Origin: a bacterium
Lineage (GTDB): Bacteria; Fidelibacterota; Marinisomatia; Marinisomatales; UBA1611
Direction of reading: 5' to 3'
Assembly: GCA_038127595.1 (NCBI GenBank)
Contig: JAYPIC010000054.1
Location: 1 to 11,397 of the forward strand
Length of the DNA: 11,397 nucleotides
Both the position numbers and the translations under genes were made by a program. The notes under the pieces were generated by a model. It did no database searches, had not been told where the DNA came from, and saw nothing but the letters and a program-made list of their open reading frames with translations. Positions 1 to 9,700 of this stretch are shown here, one piece after another; the stretch's first letter is position 1; every line of letters begins with the position of its first letter.

Positions 1-531
1 AAACATCAATTTATCAATACTAAAATTTCAATGATGCCTAAAAGAAAAGTTTTAACAACTATTTTGGAGTTAGATTACAAAACGTTATTAGGTGGTGATT
101 ATGCAAGAATATTTTCTATAAACCCTAAAAAGATTAAAATTGCTATTATCCCATCGGATACAAAAATATTTTTAGGACAATCTATAAATAATTTTAATCC
201 AGACATTGAAAGATCAGCTTTCAATGATTCAGTAAAGTCCTGTTTATCTGACAAGCTTGATATAGACTTTGTTGAAAATGAAAATGATTCAGAATTGCAA
301 ATGTATTTTGATGTTTCCTCTAATGAAAATCTAAGAAGAATGAGCAGGAAAGAGCCTTTTATATCAAAAGCATTTTTCATTTTAAAAATTGATGACATAA
401 CTGAAAATACTCAAATTATTGAGCATGTTATTTTAAGTAAAGCTGCTAAAAATTTTGATTTTGTGGAAAGAGCTGGCATTAAAGCATTGCAAGAACTTTC
501 TCATGAATCAATGAAAGTTTTTTGTAATTGA
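1..531 (+). CDS. 3' part of a hypothetical protein, probably truncated by the left window edge
   Basis: The frame of the 31..531 ORF is open from base 1 (AAA CAT CAA TTT ATC AAT ACT AAA ATT TCA ATG), so the real start probably lies upstream. It ends at TGA 529-531. No motif recognised with confidence. Confidence 0.7.
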   Translation, partial: KHQFINTKISMMPKRKVLTTILELDYKTLLGGDYARIFSINPKKIKIAIIPSDTKIFLGQSINNFNPDIERSAFNDSVKSCLSDKLDIDFVENENDSELQMYFDVSSNENLRRMSRKEPFISKAFFILKIDDITENTQIIEHVILSKAAKNFDFVERAGIKALQELSHESMKVFCN

Positions 532-545
532 TGTAAATGTCGGAA

Positions 546-1142
546 TTACCCAACTTTTTTTTGATGAATTTTTTCTGGATCTAAATCTCTTCGATAATAT
601 TCAAAAATTTCCCCAGTACCCTGCCAATTTTCTATTTGATTAATAATTTCAATCTTGCCTTTAAACTTTGTTGAAATTCCTTTTTTTACATGTCCAGTGC
701 TAAAAATTATTCCTTCTCTTTTTTTTGCCCAGTTTAAATAGACTTTTTTCAAAGTTTTAGCATAACCATTTTTTTTATATCTTTTTTGTATAACAAATGC
801 ATAAGTGTACAATGTATTAAACTTTCCATAATTCTCATCTAGCCGGGACCATGGTTCTTGAGATAGAAGCTCTAAAGGCATTCCAATAATATATCCAATG
901 ATTTGTTTTTGAAATCTGGCAATGATTGGGAGAGAACCTTCTCTATTAAAATATTTTCCTATAGTATTATCATTTAAAATGTATTTTTTTCCATACTCCT
1001 CAGCTAAAGAATGTGAGATCTCAATCAAAGGGTCATAGTCGTTTTCACCTAATTGTCTTATGAGTTTGATGATGAAATTGCCACTTGAGGCTATTTCATC
1101 TACTTCAGATAAAGAACTATCTTGAATTATAGTTTTATTCAT
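546..1142 (-). CDS. GNAT-fold (acyl-CoA N-acyltransferase-like) protein, substrate unknown
   Basis: 198 aa. Beta-strand 'IIGYIIG' is followed by 'TLYTYAFVIQKRYKKNGYAKTLKK', which resembles GNAT motif A (V..xR/KxxGxG/A..L), the acetyl-CoA binding loop. Confidence 0.7.
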   Translation of the reverse strand: MNKTIIQDSSLSEVDEIASSGNFIIKLIRQLGENDYDPLIEISHSLAEEYGKKYILNDNTIGKYFNREGSLPIIARFQKQIIGYIIGMPLELLSQEPWSRLDENYGKFNTLYTYAFVIQKRYKKNGYAKTLKKVYLNWAKKREGIIFSTGHVKKGISTKFKGKIEIINQIENWQGTGEIFEYYRRDLDPEKIHQKKVG

Positions 1143-1165
1143 TTAGTGAGTTTAGGCACTAAATG
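1140..1165. repeat. Perfect 9-bp inverted repeat CATTTAGTG-N8-CACTAAATG overlapping the GNAT start codon
   Basis: Read directly: 1140-1148 CATTTAGTG, spacer AGTTTAGG, 1157-1165 CACTAAATG. Confidence 0.75.
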
Positions 1166-1232
1166 TAATTATCGACATTTTCTTTTTTTAAATACTTAAC
1201 TTATTCAGGTTTTTAAAGATTTTATATCGCGG

Positions 1233-1240
1233 TATATTTG
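1233..1240 (+). promoter_or_regulatory. Putative -10/-7 promoter element (TATATTTG) immediately upstream of pyrF
   Basis: TATATT is a sigma70-like -10, and TATATTTG also fits the Bacteroidota TAnnTTTG element. It ends 5 nt before ATG 1246, with no Shine-Dalgarno in between. No convincing -35. Confidence 0.5.
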
Positions 1241-1245
1241 CCGTC

Positions 1246-2043
1246 ATGATTTCTTTCAATGAGAAAATTAAAAGAAGATCAAAGGAAATTAATTCCTTTC
1301 TTTGCGTGGGTATAGATATAAGCACTGATTCTTTAGGTTCAGATAATCTTGAAAATCTAATATCTCATTCTAAAAAAGTTGTTGATGCTACAAAGGACAT
1401 AGCTTTAGCATATAAACCAAATTTCGCTTTTTTTGAAAAGTGGGGGTCTAAAGGATTTGAATGGTTAGAGGAGATAGTAGGCTACATTGGTGATGGTCCA
1501 ATAACTATCGCAGATGCAAAAAGAGGTGACATAGGAAATACTGCAAAACAATATGCAGCTAGTATTTTTGGCCATTTTGGCTTTGATAGTGTTACGCTAA
1601 GCCCTTACATGGGAGAAGACAGTATTATACCATTTTTAACCAATGAGGAAAAAGGAGTTTTTATTTTATGTAGGACTTCAAACCCATCAGCAAAGACTTT
1701 TCAAAGTTTAAACTTTAATAATGAAGCCAAGCTATATGAACAAGTAGCTAAATGGGCAGACTCATTAAATGTCAACGACAACGTAGGACTCGTTGTTGGT
1801 GCCACTGCGCCTGAAGAACTTATCAAGGTAAGAAGACTTGCTCCGACTTTACCTATTCTTATTCCTGGTATTGGAACCCAGGGAGGCGACCTTGTGTCAT
1901 GCATAAAAGAGGGAAATAAATCAGGAATAGGAATTTTAAATATTTCGAGAGACATATCATTTTCAGGAAGTCATTCAGCAAATGATATACGCCAATCAGC
2001 CAAAATGTATGTTAAAAAAATGAATGAGGCCTTAAATGTCTAA
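1246..2043 (+). CDS. pyrF: Orotidine-5'-phosphate decarboxylase (subfamily 2 type)
   Basis: Catalytic DxKxxDIxxT motif ([10 protein letters not shown]), plus [26 protein letters not shown] and [10 protein letters not shown]. Adjacent to pyrE. Confidence 0.97.
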   Translation: MISFNEKIKRRSKEINSFLCVGIDISTDSLGSDNLENLISHSKKVVDATKDIALAYKPNFAFFEKWGSKGFEWLEEIVGYIGDGPITIADAKRGDIGNTAKQYAASIFGHFGFDSVTLSPYMGEDSIIPFLTNEEKGVFILCRTSNPSAKTFQSLNFNNEAKLYEQVAKWADSLNVNDNVGLVVGATAPEELIKVRRLAPTLPILIPGIGTQGGDLVSCIKEGNKSGIGILNISRDISFSGSHSANDIRQSAKMYVKKMNEALNV

Positions 2044-2611
2044 AGAACAGATTATAAATATATTTAAAGAGACTGGTGCGCTTCTAAATGGTCATTTTGT
2101 CCTCACATCTGGAAAGCATAGTTCTTCTTATTTTCAATGCGCAAAAGTTTTACAATATCCAAAATATTTAAGTCGATTCGCGCAAAGTATTGCGAACAAT
2201 TTCATGAATGGCGACATAGATGCTGTTATTTCCCCTGCCATTGGTGGCATTGTACTCGGAACTGAGGTAGGAAGACTATTAAATGTTAAAACTATTTTTG
2301 CGGAGAGAAAAAAGGGTGATATGTGTATTCGCAGAGGTTTTGAAATTAAAGAGAATGATAAAATACTTGTAATTGAAGATGTTATAACTACTGGTGGTTC
2401 TGTCAAAGAGGTTATAGATGAAGTTACAAAGTTAGGCGGCATAATATTTGGGGTGGGAGTATTAGTTGATCGCAGTAATGGACAAGCCAAACTACATAAA
2501 AATCAGTTTTCGATTATTGAACTTGAAGCGGTAAGTTTTGAACCAGATAAAGTGCCAGACAGATTAAAAGATATACCAATTCAAAAACCAGGAAGCAGGA
2601 ATATAAAATGA
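2036..2611 (+). CDS. pyrE: Orotate phosphoribosyltransferase
   Basis: [18 protein letters not shown]-terminal motif, PAIGG, PRPP-binding motif [12 protein letters not shown], and VDRS. Overlaps pyrF by 8 nt. Confidence 0.96.
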   Translation: MSKEQIINIFKETGALLNGHFVLTSGKHSSSYFQCAKVLQYPKYLSRFAQSIANNFMNGDIDAVISPAIGGIVLGTEVGRLLNVKTIFAERKKGDMCIRRGFEIKENDKILVIEDVITTGGSVKEVIDEVTKLGGIIFGVGVLVDRSNGQAKLHKNQFSIIELEAVSFEPDKVPDRLKDIPIQKPGSRNIK

Positions 2612-3219
2612 TAAAAAGGAACATTATTTTACTTACTATATGTTTAGCTATAGTGGGTTGTGGAACAAAAAAAGAAAATAAGGAATCAGTTATGGATAAA
2701 GAAATAGCAGTTATATCAACAAAATTTGGAGATATTAAGTTAGAATTTTTTGATGAAATAGCTCCAAAACATGTTGAGAGTTTTAAGCTGCATGCTCAAA
2801 ATGGTTATTATGATGGAACTATATTTCACCGAGTCATCCCTGGTTTTATGATTCAGGGTGGTGACCCTTTATCAAAGTCAGAGGATAAAAGCAGACATGG
2901 CACAGGCGGAAATGCTGCGAAGTATTTTGGTATTGGTGATGAAAATTCTGAATCTTCATGGGATTTGCCTGCAGAGTTTAGTGCTACTCCTCATGAAAGA
3001 GGCATATTGTCAATGGCCAGATCACAAAATCCTGATAGTGGTGGTAGTCAGTTTTTCATTTGTGTTGCAGATGCAAGATTCCTAGATAATCAATACACAG
3101 TTTTTGGTAAGGTAGTAAGCGGGATGGATGTTGTGGATTCCATTGTCAATGCCCCTAGAGATGCTAGAGATAATCCTGATGACAGGATAGAAATGAAGGT
3201 TAAGCTCGAAGACAAATAA
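2608..3219 (+). CDS. Cyclophilin-type peptidyl-prolyl cis-trans isomerase, predicted lipoprotein
   Basis: [28 protein letters not shown] and [11 protein letters not shown] motifs. N-terminal signal with lipobox-like LAIVGC. ATGA overlap with the pyrE stop. Confidence 0.95.
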   Translation: MIKRNIILLTICLAIVGCGTKKENKESVMDKEIAVISTKFGDIKLEFFDEIAPKHVESFKLHAQNGYYDGTIFHRVIPGFMIQGGDPLSKSEDKSRHGTGGNAAKYFGIGDENSESSWDLPAEFSATPHERGILSMARSQNPDSGGSQFFICVADARFLDNQYTVFGKVVSGMDVVDSIVNAPRDARDNPDDRIEMKVKLEDK

Positions 3220-3225
3220 AAATAT

Positions 3226-4122
3226 ATGTCTAAACCATATCTAGGTTTAGCTTTAGGAGGGGGTGGCTCCAGGGGAGTAGCCCACATTGGTGCACTTCAA
3301 GCTCTTCATTCTTCAGGGATAAGTCCGGATATCATTGCTGGTACTAGTTCGGGGTCTACAATTGGCGCAATGTATGCTGCAACCTTAGACCCATTTTGGA
3401 TTGAAAACCGGTTTAGAGATTTTATGGAGACCGATCTTTTTTTTAAGTTTCGTTCAGGTTCATTAATCGATGGCAGAAATGAAGAAACTTTTTTAGAAAA
3501 AGTAACTACTAAAGTAAAACAGCATTACATGGTAGTTTTAGGTTTAAATAAATCTTTTGTAGCAAAGCGAGAAATCATTGAAAAGGCTGTTAACTTTTTA
3601 GTCCCTTGTAATGACTTTAGTGAATTGAAAATACCTATGGAAATTGTAGCAGTAGATATTCAATCTGGCGAAGAGGTTATTTATCATGAAGGCGATTTAA
3701 AAGAATCAATTGTTCAAAGTTCTTCAATTCCAGGATTTTTTGAATCCACTATAAAAGATGAAAAAATAATTGTAGATGGAGGAGTAGCCTCTCCAATTCC
3801 TATTGAAACTTTAAAGAATAAAGTAAATATAATAATGGCAGTAGACATAACTAACAGCAAGCTAAAACCATTAAAAAGTCCAAATATGATTGAAATAATG
3901 AGGAGATCTGATATAATTACTTCTTTAAAATTAAAGGCAAAACTCTCTAGTGAAGCTGATATATTGGTCAAGCCTAATGTGGCTGGTATTCATTGGTCTG
4001 ACTTCGAGAATTTTAATAAATTATTGTATAGTGGAAAAAACGCTATGGAAAAGATTTTGAATAGATTAAAAAATTCAAATGATAACAGTATTTATAAAAA
4101 ATTGATTGGTATTTCAAATTAA
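3226..4122 (+). CDS. Patatin-like phospholipase (RssA/NTE-like), no signal peptide
   Basis: Oxyanion-hole motif LALGGGGSRG, nucleophile motif GTSSG (GxSxG), SSSIPG, and catalytic DGG. Confidence 0.93.
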   Translation: MSKPYLGLALGGGGSRGVAHIGALQALHSSGISPDIIAGTSSGSTIGAMYAATLDPFWIENRFRDFMETDLFFKFRSGSLIDGRNEETFLEKVTTKVKQHYMVVLGLNKSFVAKREIIEKAVNFLVPCNDFSELKIPMEIVAVDIQSGEEVIYHEGDLKESIVQSSSIPGFFESTIKDEKIIVDGGVASPIPIETLKNKVNIIMAVDITNSKLKPLKSPNMIEIMRRSDIITSLKLKAKLSSEADILVKPNVAGIHWSDFENFNKLLYSGKNAMEKILNRLKNSNDNSIYKKLIGISN

Positions 4123-4134
4123 GTCTGGAGGTTT

Positions 4135-6054
4135 ATGTTTAAACATTTAGTCATTTATACATTCTTTTATGTATGTGCTTGTTTTGCGCAAATCGTAAAC
4201 CCAGTAACAATTGATGTGACCAGTGATAGCCTTGTGAGGGCAGGAGAAGTAGTTAACATTGAAATATCTGCTAAAATGGAAAAACAATGGAAAATTTATT
4301 CAATATATAAGATCGTAGATGGTCCACTTCCAACTGAAATAAATATTAAAGGCGATATAATAAGCGAGATTGGAAAAGTTATAGAGCCTGAGCCAATTGA
4401 AGAATATGACCCTGGATTTGATGTAACATCATTTTATCATAAGGGTAATACTTTATTTTCTTCCCAGGTTCTGCTTAAAGATGATTTAACCCCTGGTAAT
4501 TATGAGATATCTGTAATGACATATTATCAAGTCTGCAATGAAAGACTCTGTTACCCTCCTGTGGAAAAGAATAATGTCGTTAAAGTTAAGGTTGAGCCTG
4601 GCGAGCCGCGAATGGAAAAAACTACATTAACTTCTTTGAAAAAAAATCATAATGGGGAAAATGGTTTAAGTTCATTTTTAAATTTAATTATCATTGCGAT
4701 TGGCGGAGCAATCCTTTCCTGGGTTATGCCTTGTGTTTATCCAATGATACCAATCATTATATCTTTTTTTGGTAAAGTTAGTGAAGATAAAAATATTGGT
4801 CGCTCATCTGTTGCTGCTCTTTATGGATTAGGGATAGCTGGTACTTTTATTTTTATTGGTTTACTTGTAAGCTTTTTGTCATGGGGTGTTGAAGATGCTG
4901 CCGTCCAAACAGGGTATGCTAATATAGGAAATTTCATAGCCACTAATGCATGGTTGAATTTGGCATTAGGTGTGCTGTTTATCTTTTTTGCATTGTGGAT
5001 GTTTGGGATTATAAATGTTAATGTTACTGGTGCATTGTTAAGCAAGACTGATCAAGCTGGTCAGAATGCAAAAAATGCATATTTAGGTTCATTCATTCTT
5101 GGTGTTGCTTTTGCTATTACCAGTTTTAGTTGTACTGTGCCTGTTGTGGGAATGTTACTTGTTGTTGCGGCCAGTGGAACGGCTACTGGTTTATTTACCA
5201 GCCTTTTAGGAATGACAATATATGGTGTTGTATTTGCATTTCCATTTGTGATATTATCTTTGTTTCCGTCTTCTCTAGAGAAATTACCCAGATCTGGTAT
5301 ATGGATGGAAAAGGCAAAAGTAGTTTTTGGATTTATTGAGCTTGCCGCAGCTGTAAAGTTTTTATGGGTCCCTGATATAGAATGGGGTATTGGTTTATTG
5401 CCACGAAGCGTAGTTCTAAGTTTATTTTTACTTATTGGGCTTTGTTTAATTGCATATTTATCAAATCTTTTTTCTTTCCAAGGTTCAGATGTGAATGATC
5501 AAAAATCAATTAGTTATATTGGTATTGGTGTTACATTAGTTGTACTTGCTCCACTAGCATTATCATTATTTTCTGGACCAACTTATCATTATAGCGGATT
5601 ACCAAGATTTGCTGATGAGTTAATTGAGGCGATGGTACCACCGCCTCCCACTGAGGATGAGATTGCGATTAAAGAAGGTTGGTATGTTGATGATTATGAT
5701 GGTGCTTTAGAAGAAGCGAAAAAGCAAGGAAAACCTCTTTTTATTGACTTTACTGGTATTTATTGTGCTAATTGCAGGGTAATGGAAAGAAGGATTTTTC
5801 CGCTTGAAAATATTAAAAATCATTTTGATAATATGGTATTAACAAGGCTCTACGTAGATAAAAAGGATTCTCTTAGTTCTGTTTACGCTCAAATGCAGTT
5901 TGAAAGATATAAGACAGCTACTCAGCCATATTATGTAGTTTTAGATCCTTCAAATGAAAGTACATTAGTTGACACAGGAGGGTATATCCCAAACGGTTTT
6001 GATAAATTTTTATCTAGAGGTTTAGAAAAATTTAACAGTAAAAATATGGATTAG
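4135..6054 (+). CDS. dsbD: Thiol:disulfide interchange protein DsbD (alpha, transmembrane beta and thioredoxin gamma domains)
   Basis: Signal peptide; Ig-like alpha domain with QVCNERLCYPP; multi-TM domain with PCVYPMIP and SFSCTVP cysteines and LPRSGIWM; C-terminal thioredoxin domain FIDFTGIYCANCRVME. GGAGG at 4127-4131. Confidence 0.92.
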   Translation: MFKHLVIYTFFYVCACFAQIVNPVTIDVTSDSLVRAGEVVNIEISAKMEKQWKIYSIYKIVDGPLPTEINIKGDIISEIGKVIEPEPIEEYDPGFDVTSFYHKGNTLFSSQVLLKDDLTPGNYEISVMTYYQVCNERLCYPPVEKNNVVKVKVEPGEPRMEKTTLTSLKKNHNGENGLSSFLNLIIIAIGGAILSWVMPCVYPMIPIIISFFGKVSEDKNIGRSSVAALYGLGIAGTFIFIGLLVSFLSWGVEDAAVQTGYANIGNFIATNAWLNLALGVLFIFFALWMFGIINVNVTGALLSKTDQAGQNAKNAYLGSFILGVAFAITSFSCTVPVVGMLLVVAASGTATGLFTSLLGMTIYGVVFAFPFVILSLFPSSLEKLPRSGIWMEKAKVVFGFIELAAAVKFLWVPDIEWGIGLLPRSVVLSLFLLIGLCLIAYLSNLFSFQGSDVNDQKSISYIGIGVTLVVLAPLALSLFSGPTYHYSGLPRFADELIEAMVPPPPTEDEIAIKEGWYVDDYDGALEEAKKQGKPLFIDFTGIYCANCRVMERRIFPLENIKNHFDNMVLTRLYVDKKDSLSSVYAQMQFERYKTATQPYYVVLDPSNESTLVDTGGYIPNGFDKFLSRGLEKFNSKNMD

Positions 6055-6097
6055 GTTGAAAATTGAATGTTATCAATAACGCAAGGAAAAATTTTAA

Positions 6098-6730
6098 ATG
6101 AGATGTCATAATATATTTTTAATTCCACTATTATTTTTTTATGCCCTTAGTTGTGATAATTCAGCTGAGATAAATCAAGAAAAAATTAAAACTGCGAAAA
6201 AAAACAGTAAACCTATTACAGTTTCCTCACAAAAAAATAGTTCAAAAAAAAATAAGGCTTCTAAAAAAAATCAAAATTCTGCTTCCCCAAAAATCAAGGC
6301 TCCTGATTTTAATCTAGCAGATCTTGACGGAAATATTTTGAATTTTTCTGCTTATGAAGGGCAAGTAGTTATGCTAACGTTTTGGGGAACATGGTGTGGC
6401 CCATGCGTAAAAGAAATTCCAGATTTTATTGAACTATATGATAAGTATAATAAAGAAGGTTTGGAGATTGTTGGTATAGCTATCCAGTCAGGAAGTCCAG
6501 AAAATATTAAGCTATTTTCAGAACACTATAAAATAAATTACCCTATACTAACGGATATTAATGGTAATGAGTCATACAAAGCCTTCAGTGATTATGGTAC
6601 AATTTCTGGTGTCGGTATGAGAGCCGTACCTACCACATTTTTGATAGATAGGGACGGCTACATTGTTAAAACGTACAGAGGTGCTCGTCCAGGCAATGTT
6701 TTTTTGAAGGATCTAAAACCATATTTATAG
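6098..6730 (+). CDS. TlpA/ResA-family thiol-disulfide reductase, predicted lipoprotein with a Lys/Ser/Asn-rich tether
   Basis: Lipobox-like YALSC; APDFNLADLDG; active site FWGTWCGPCVKEIP; cis-Pro loop AVPTTFLIDRDG. Confidence 0.92.
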   Translation: MRCHNIFLIPLLFFYALSCDNSAEINQEKIKTAKKNSKPITVSSQKNSSKKNKASKKNQNSASPKIKAPDFNLADLDGNILNFSAYEGQVVMLTFWGTWCGPCVKEIPDFIELYDKYNKEGLEIVGIAIQSGSPENIKLFSEHYKINYPILTDINGNESYKAFSDYGTISGVGMRAVPTTFLIDRDGYIVKTYRGARPGNVFLKDLKPYL

Positions 6731-6742
6731 ATAATTATAAAT

Positions 6743-9700
6743 ATGCCTCGCCTTTTTAAAAATCTCCTACACTGTATTTGGTTTAATTTATCATTTATCA
6801 TTGCTAGTGACCAATACTGGCAACAATCAGTCGACTATGAGATGAATGTAACTCTTATTGATAGCGTAAGACAGCTAGCTTGCAGTTCAACCATCATGTA
6901 TAAAAATAATTCTCCTGATGAGTTGAATGATATATTTATCCATTTATACCCAAATGCTTTTCAGCTCGGTTCAGTAAAATCCAGGGATTACCTAAATGGA
7001 TATGGCAGAGAATCACGTGCGGCTTATTTCAAAGATGGTTTAGATGGATATGAGAGCAAAATACACGTAAGAAATCTTACAATAGCCAAAAATGATAATT
7101 TTATTTCCGATAACTTTAAAATTGATGACACTGTATTGCGTGCAAAATTAAAACAGCCACTTTTGCCAGGAGAAAAGCTTAGAATAGACATCGACTGGAA
7201 CCACCATGTGGGCGGTATGGTAGAGCGAGCCGGATATTATGAGGGTCAATATAATATGGCACAGTGGTACCCTAAAGTAGCTGTCTACGATAAAGAAGGC
7301 TGGCATGCTGACCCATTTCATGCAGAAGGTGAGTTTTACGGAGAATTTGGTAATTTTAAAGTAACATTTGAACTGCCTGCAAAGTACATCATTGGTGCCT
7401 CCGGAGTAGTTACCAAAGGGGATCCTGGCTGGAACATGGTAAAAGTAGACAGTTCAATAGATTTTCAGGATTGGTTTGAGAATTTTGAAAAAAATTACAT
7501 AGAGCCGGATTCTTTAAAAACGAGGACAGTAGAATTCCTAGCGGAAAATGTTCATGACTTTGCTTGGGTTGCATCACCAAATTTTCTCTATGAGCATGGA
7601 AGATATAAAGATATTGACGTACATGTTTTGTATAACAGGGTCAATGCATATGATTGGAACAGGGTGGTTAGAGAGAGATCTGTGAGAGCTTTAAAGTGGC
7701 TAACCGAGAAATTTGGAGAATATTCATACCCTCAAGTAACAAATACTGACAGGTTGAAGTCAGGAGGTATGGAGTACCCTATGCTTATTATGGATGGGAG
7801 TGATAGTGAGAGTCTGATTTTACATGAAATTGGTCATATTTGGTTTTATGGTATTTTAGGTAATAATGAACTTGATGAGGCATGGATAGATGAAGGCTTC
7901 ACCACTGCTCAAACAAGAGATTACATGATGGATCGTTATGGCACAATTGGGTTTGACTGGCAATCAGATGAATGGACTGATAAATATCAAAGAAAATTTT
8001 GGTCATTCAATAATAAACTGCATAATGACCAATGGTCATCTATAAATTATATTTTAAGTGGATATGATGAGCCAATCAGTAGAAAGAGTTATCTTTTTAA
8101 AAATAGCACTTCATACAGGCAAAATGCATATACAAAACCCTCCTTAATGCTAAATGAATTAAAATACATTTTAGGAGATTCACTTTATTATCTGTCTGTT
8201 CAAGATTTTTATAAAAAGTGGGAATTAAAACATGTAGATGAAGAAAAATTCATAGAATCAGTTGAAAAAGTAAGTGGAAAAGAGTTTGATTGGTTTTTTG
8301 ATGCTTGGCTTCATGATACTAGAGTCATGGATTATAGTATTCAAAAATGGCACGCTGTAAAAAATGATGATGGTAAGTATAAAGTATTTTTAAAAATAAA
8401 AAATTTAGGCAACAGGCACATGCCCCAACTAGTAGAGACTGAATTTTATGATGGATCTACTAAAAGAATTTGGTGGGAAAATAATTATTGGAATAATGAA
8501 GATGAATTTATTTATGATGTTTCAAAAAAACCCGTAAGACTAAGCTTGGATCCCGATGCTCAATCGCTGGATGTAGACTACAGGAATAATTCTACAAAGC
8601 TTAAAAGAAAAATTACTTTTGACTGGCCTGGTATGAACTATAAACCTCGTGACAAAATAGTTTATACATGGTTACCTTCTTTATATTACAATAACATTGA
8701 TAGTTACTCCCCAGGTTTACAAATTAGGAAATCTTACGGCAGTTTTGAGAATCAAATTGTAAAATTAAATCATTCTTTAGAAAAAGACCCTTCTTCCAAA
8801 AAGCATAGTTTTTACTGGTATTACGAGGGAAGTTTCAAACCCGTTCATAATTACAGAAATTTGAAACTTAATTTTAAAGTTTTTGATCAGCCAGGTTTAA
8901 AGTCACTGAAACTTGAAATGAATAAAACAAGATTTACAAACGGCTATCGAAGTAAACCCAAGCAAAATTATAAATTAGGTTTTTACGTTCAATCAAATGT
9001 TGATACACAAAAAACTAATTTATTCGCGCCTGGTAAACTTTCTTCCGTTTATTTTAATCATTTAATGAAATCTAACTACTTTGAATTTGAAACTGACATT
9101 TCAAATTCTTTATCGCCATTTTCAAAATGGGATTTTTCAAAAATTTCGTTTACCATAAAATTCAAACGAGCTCAATCCTTTAGCTCAGAGAATATCTTTA
9201 GATACTTTACAGGTTTTACGCATGCAGGTATTAGATCGCGTTCATTTTTGGGAAAAATCTGGCATCATGGGCAGAAATTACCAACTCAAGTTTCTTTTAA
9301 AATTGCTGGTAATCAATCACGGTCAATGTACGAAAAATCTTATTTAAGATCTGAAAATAGTTTTTTTGGATTTAAAAATTTAAATGAAAAGTACCATCTT
9401 CCAAGTGATGGTAATCTTAGAGCCTTTATATATGATAATTATAGTTCAGATAAACTAGCCACATTTTCAAGTGAGATGTATTTCTTAAACAAAAAAGTCA
9501 ATTCAAATGGCTATTTTGAAAATAGATTAATTAATTCTGAGGTTGCGCTATTTTTTGATGCTGGGGTTTTTAACAGGTTTGACAAGATCGAAAAACTTGC
9601 GAATGCTGGAATAGGCTTTCGTTTTAGCAGCGTAGTGTTAAATAAACCCGTTTATTTGCGCGTAGACTTGCCACTAATTATAATTCAGGATGAAAAAATA

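Noticed and set aside
1..531. Assignment of the first ORF to the C-terminus of an LPP20-like lipoprotein
   Set aside because: Only a vague resemblance in the final helix (ERAGIKAL). The N-terminus lies outside the window, so the call cannot be supported.
1154..1170. GGCAC as a sigma54 -24 element (also at 9800)
   Set aside because: Neither copy has the required GC at -12 (GG-N10-GC); they read AA and TA there.
1143..1245. PyrR-binding attenuator or riboswitch upstream of pyrF
   Set aside because: No PyrR loop consensus or terminator/antiterminator hairpins, and the likely promoter abuts the start codon.
3226..4122. Patatin as an anti-phage (CBASS CapV-like) effector or as the passenger of the downstream barrel
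   Set aside because: No cyclase or other defence genes in the window. It looks like a housekeeping RssA-type enzyme and has no signal peptide.
99..5339. Short alternative-frame or antisense ORFs (99..398, 1701..1955, 2134..2490, 2858..3085, 3090..3287, 3714..3971, 4821..5045, 5130..5339)
   Set aside because: All overlap longer, better-supported genes and show no recognisable motifs. The Cys-rich 5130..5339 peptide is a frame-shifted reading of GTT/GCT codons in a DsbD transmembrane segment.
6190..6275. Poly-A tracts of 8-9 nt in tlpA as phase-variation sites
   Set aside because: They encode the Lys/Asn-rich tether, the frame is intact, and such runs are common throughout this AT-rich window.
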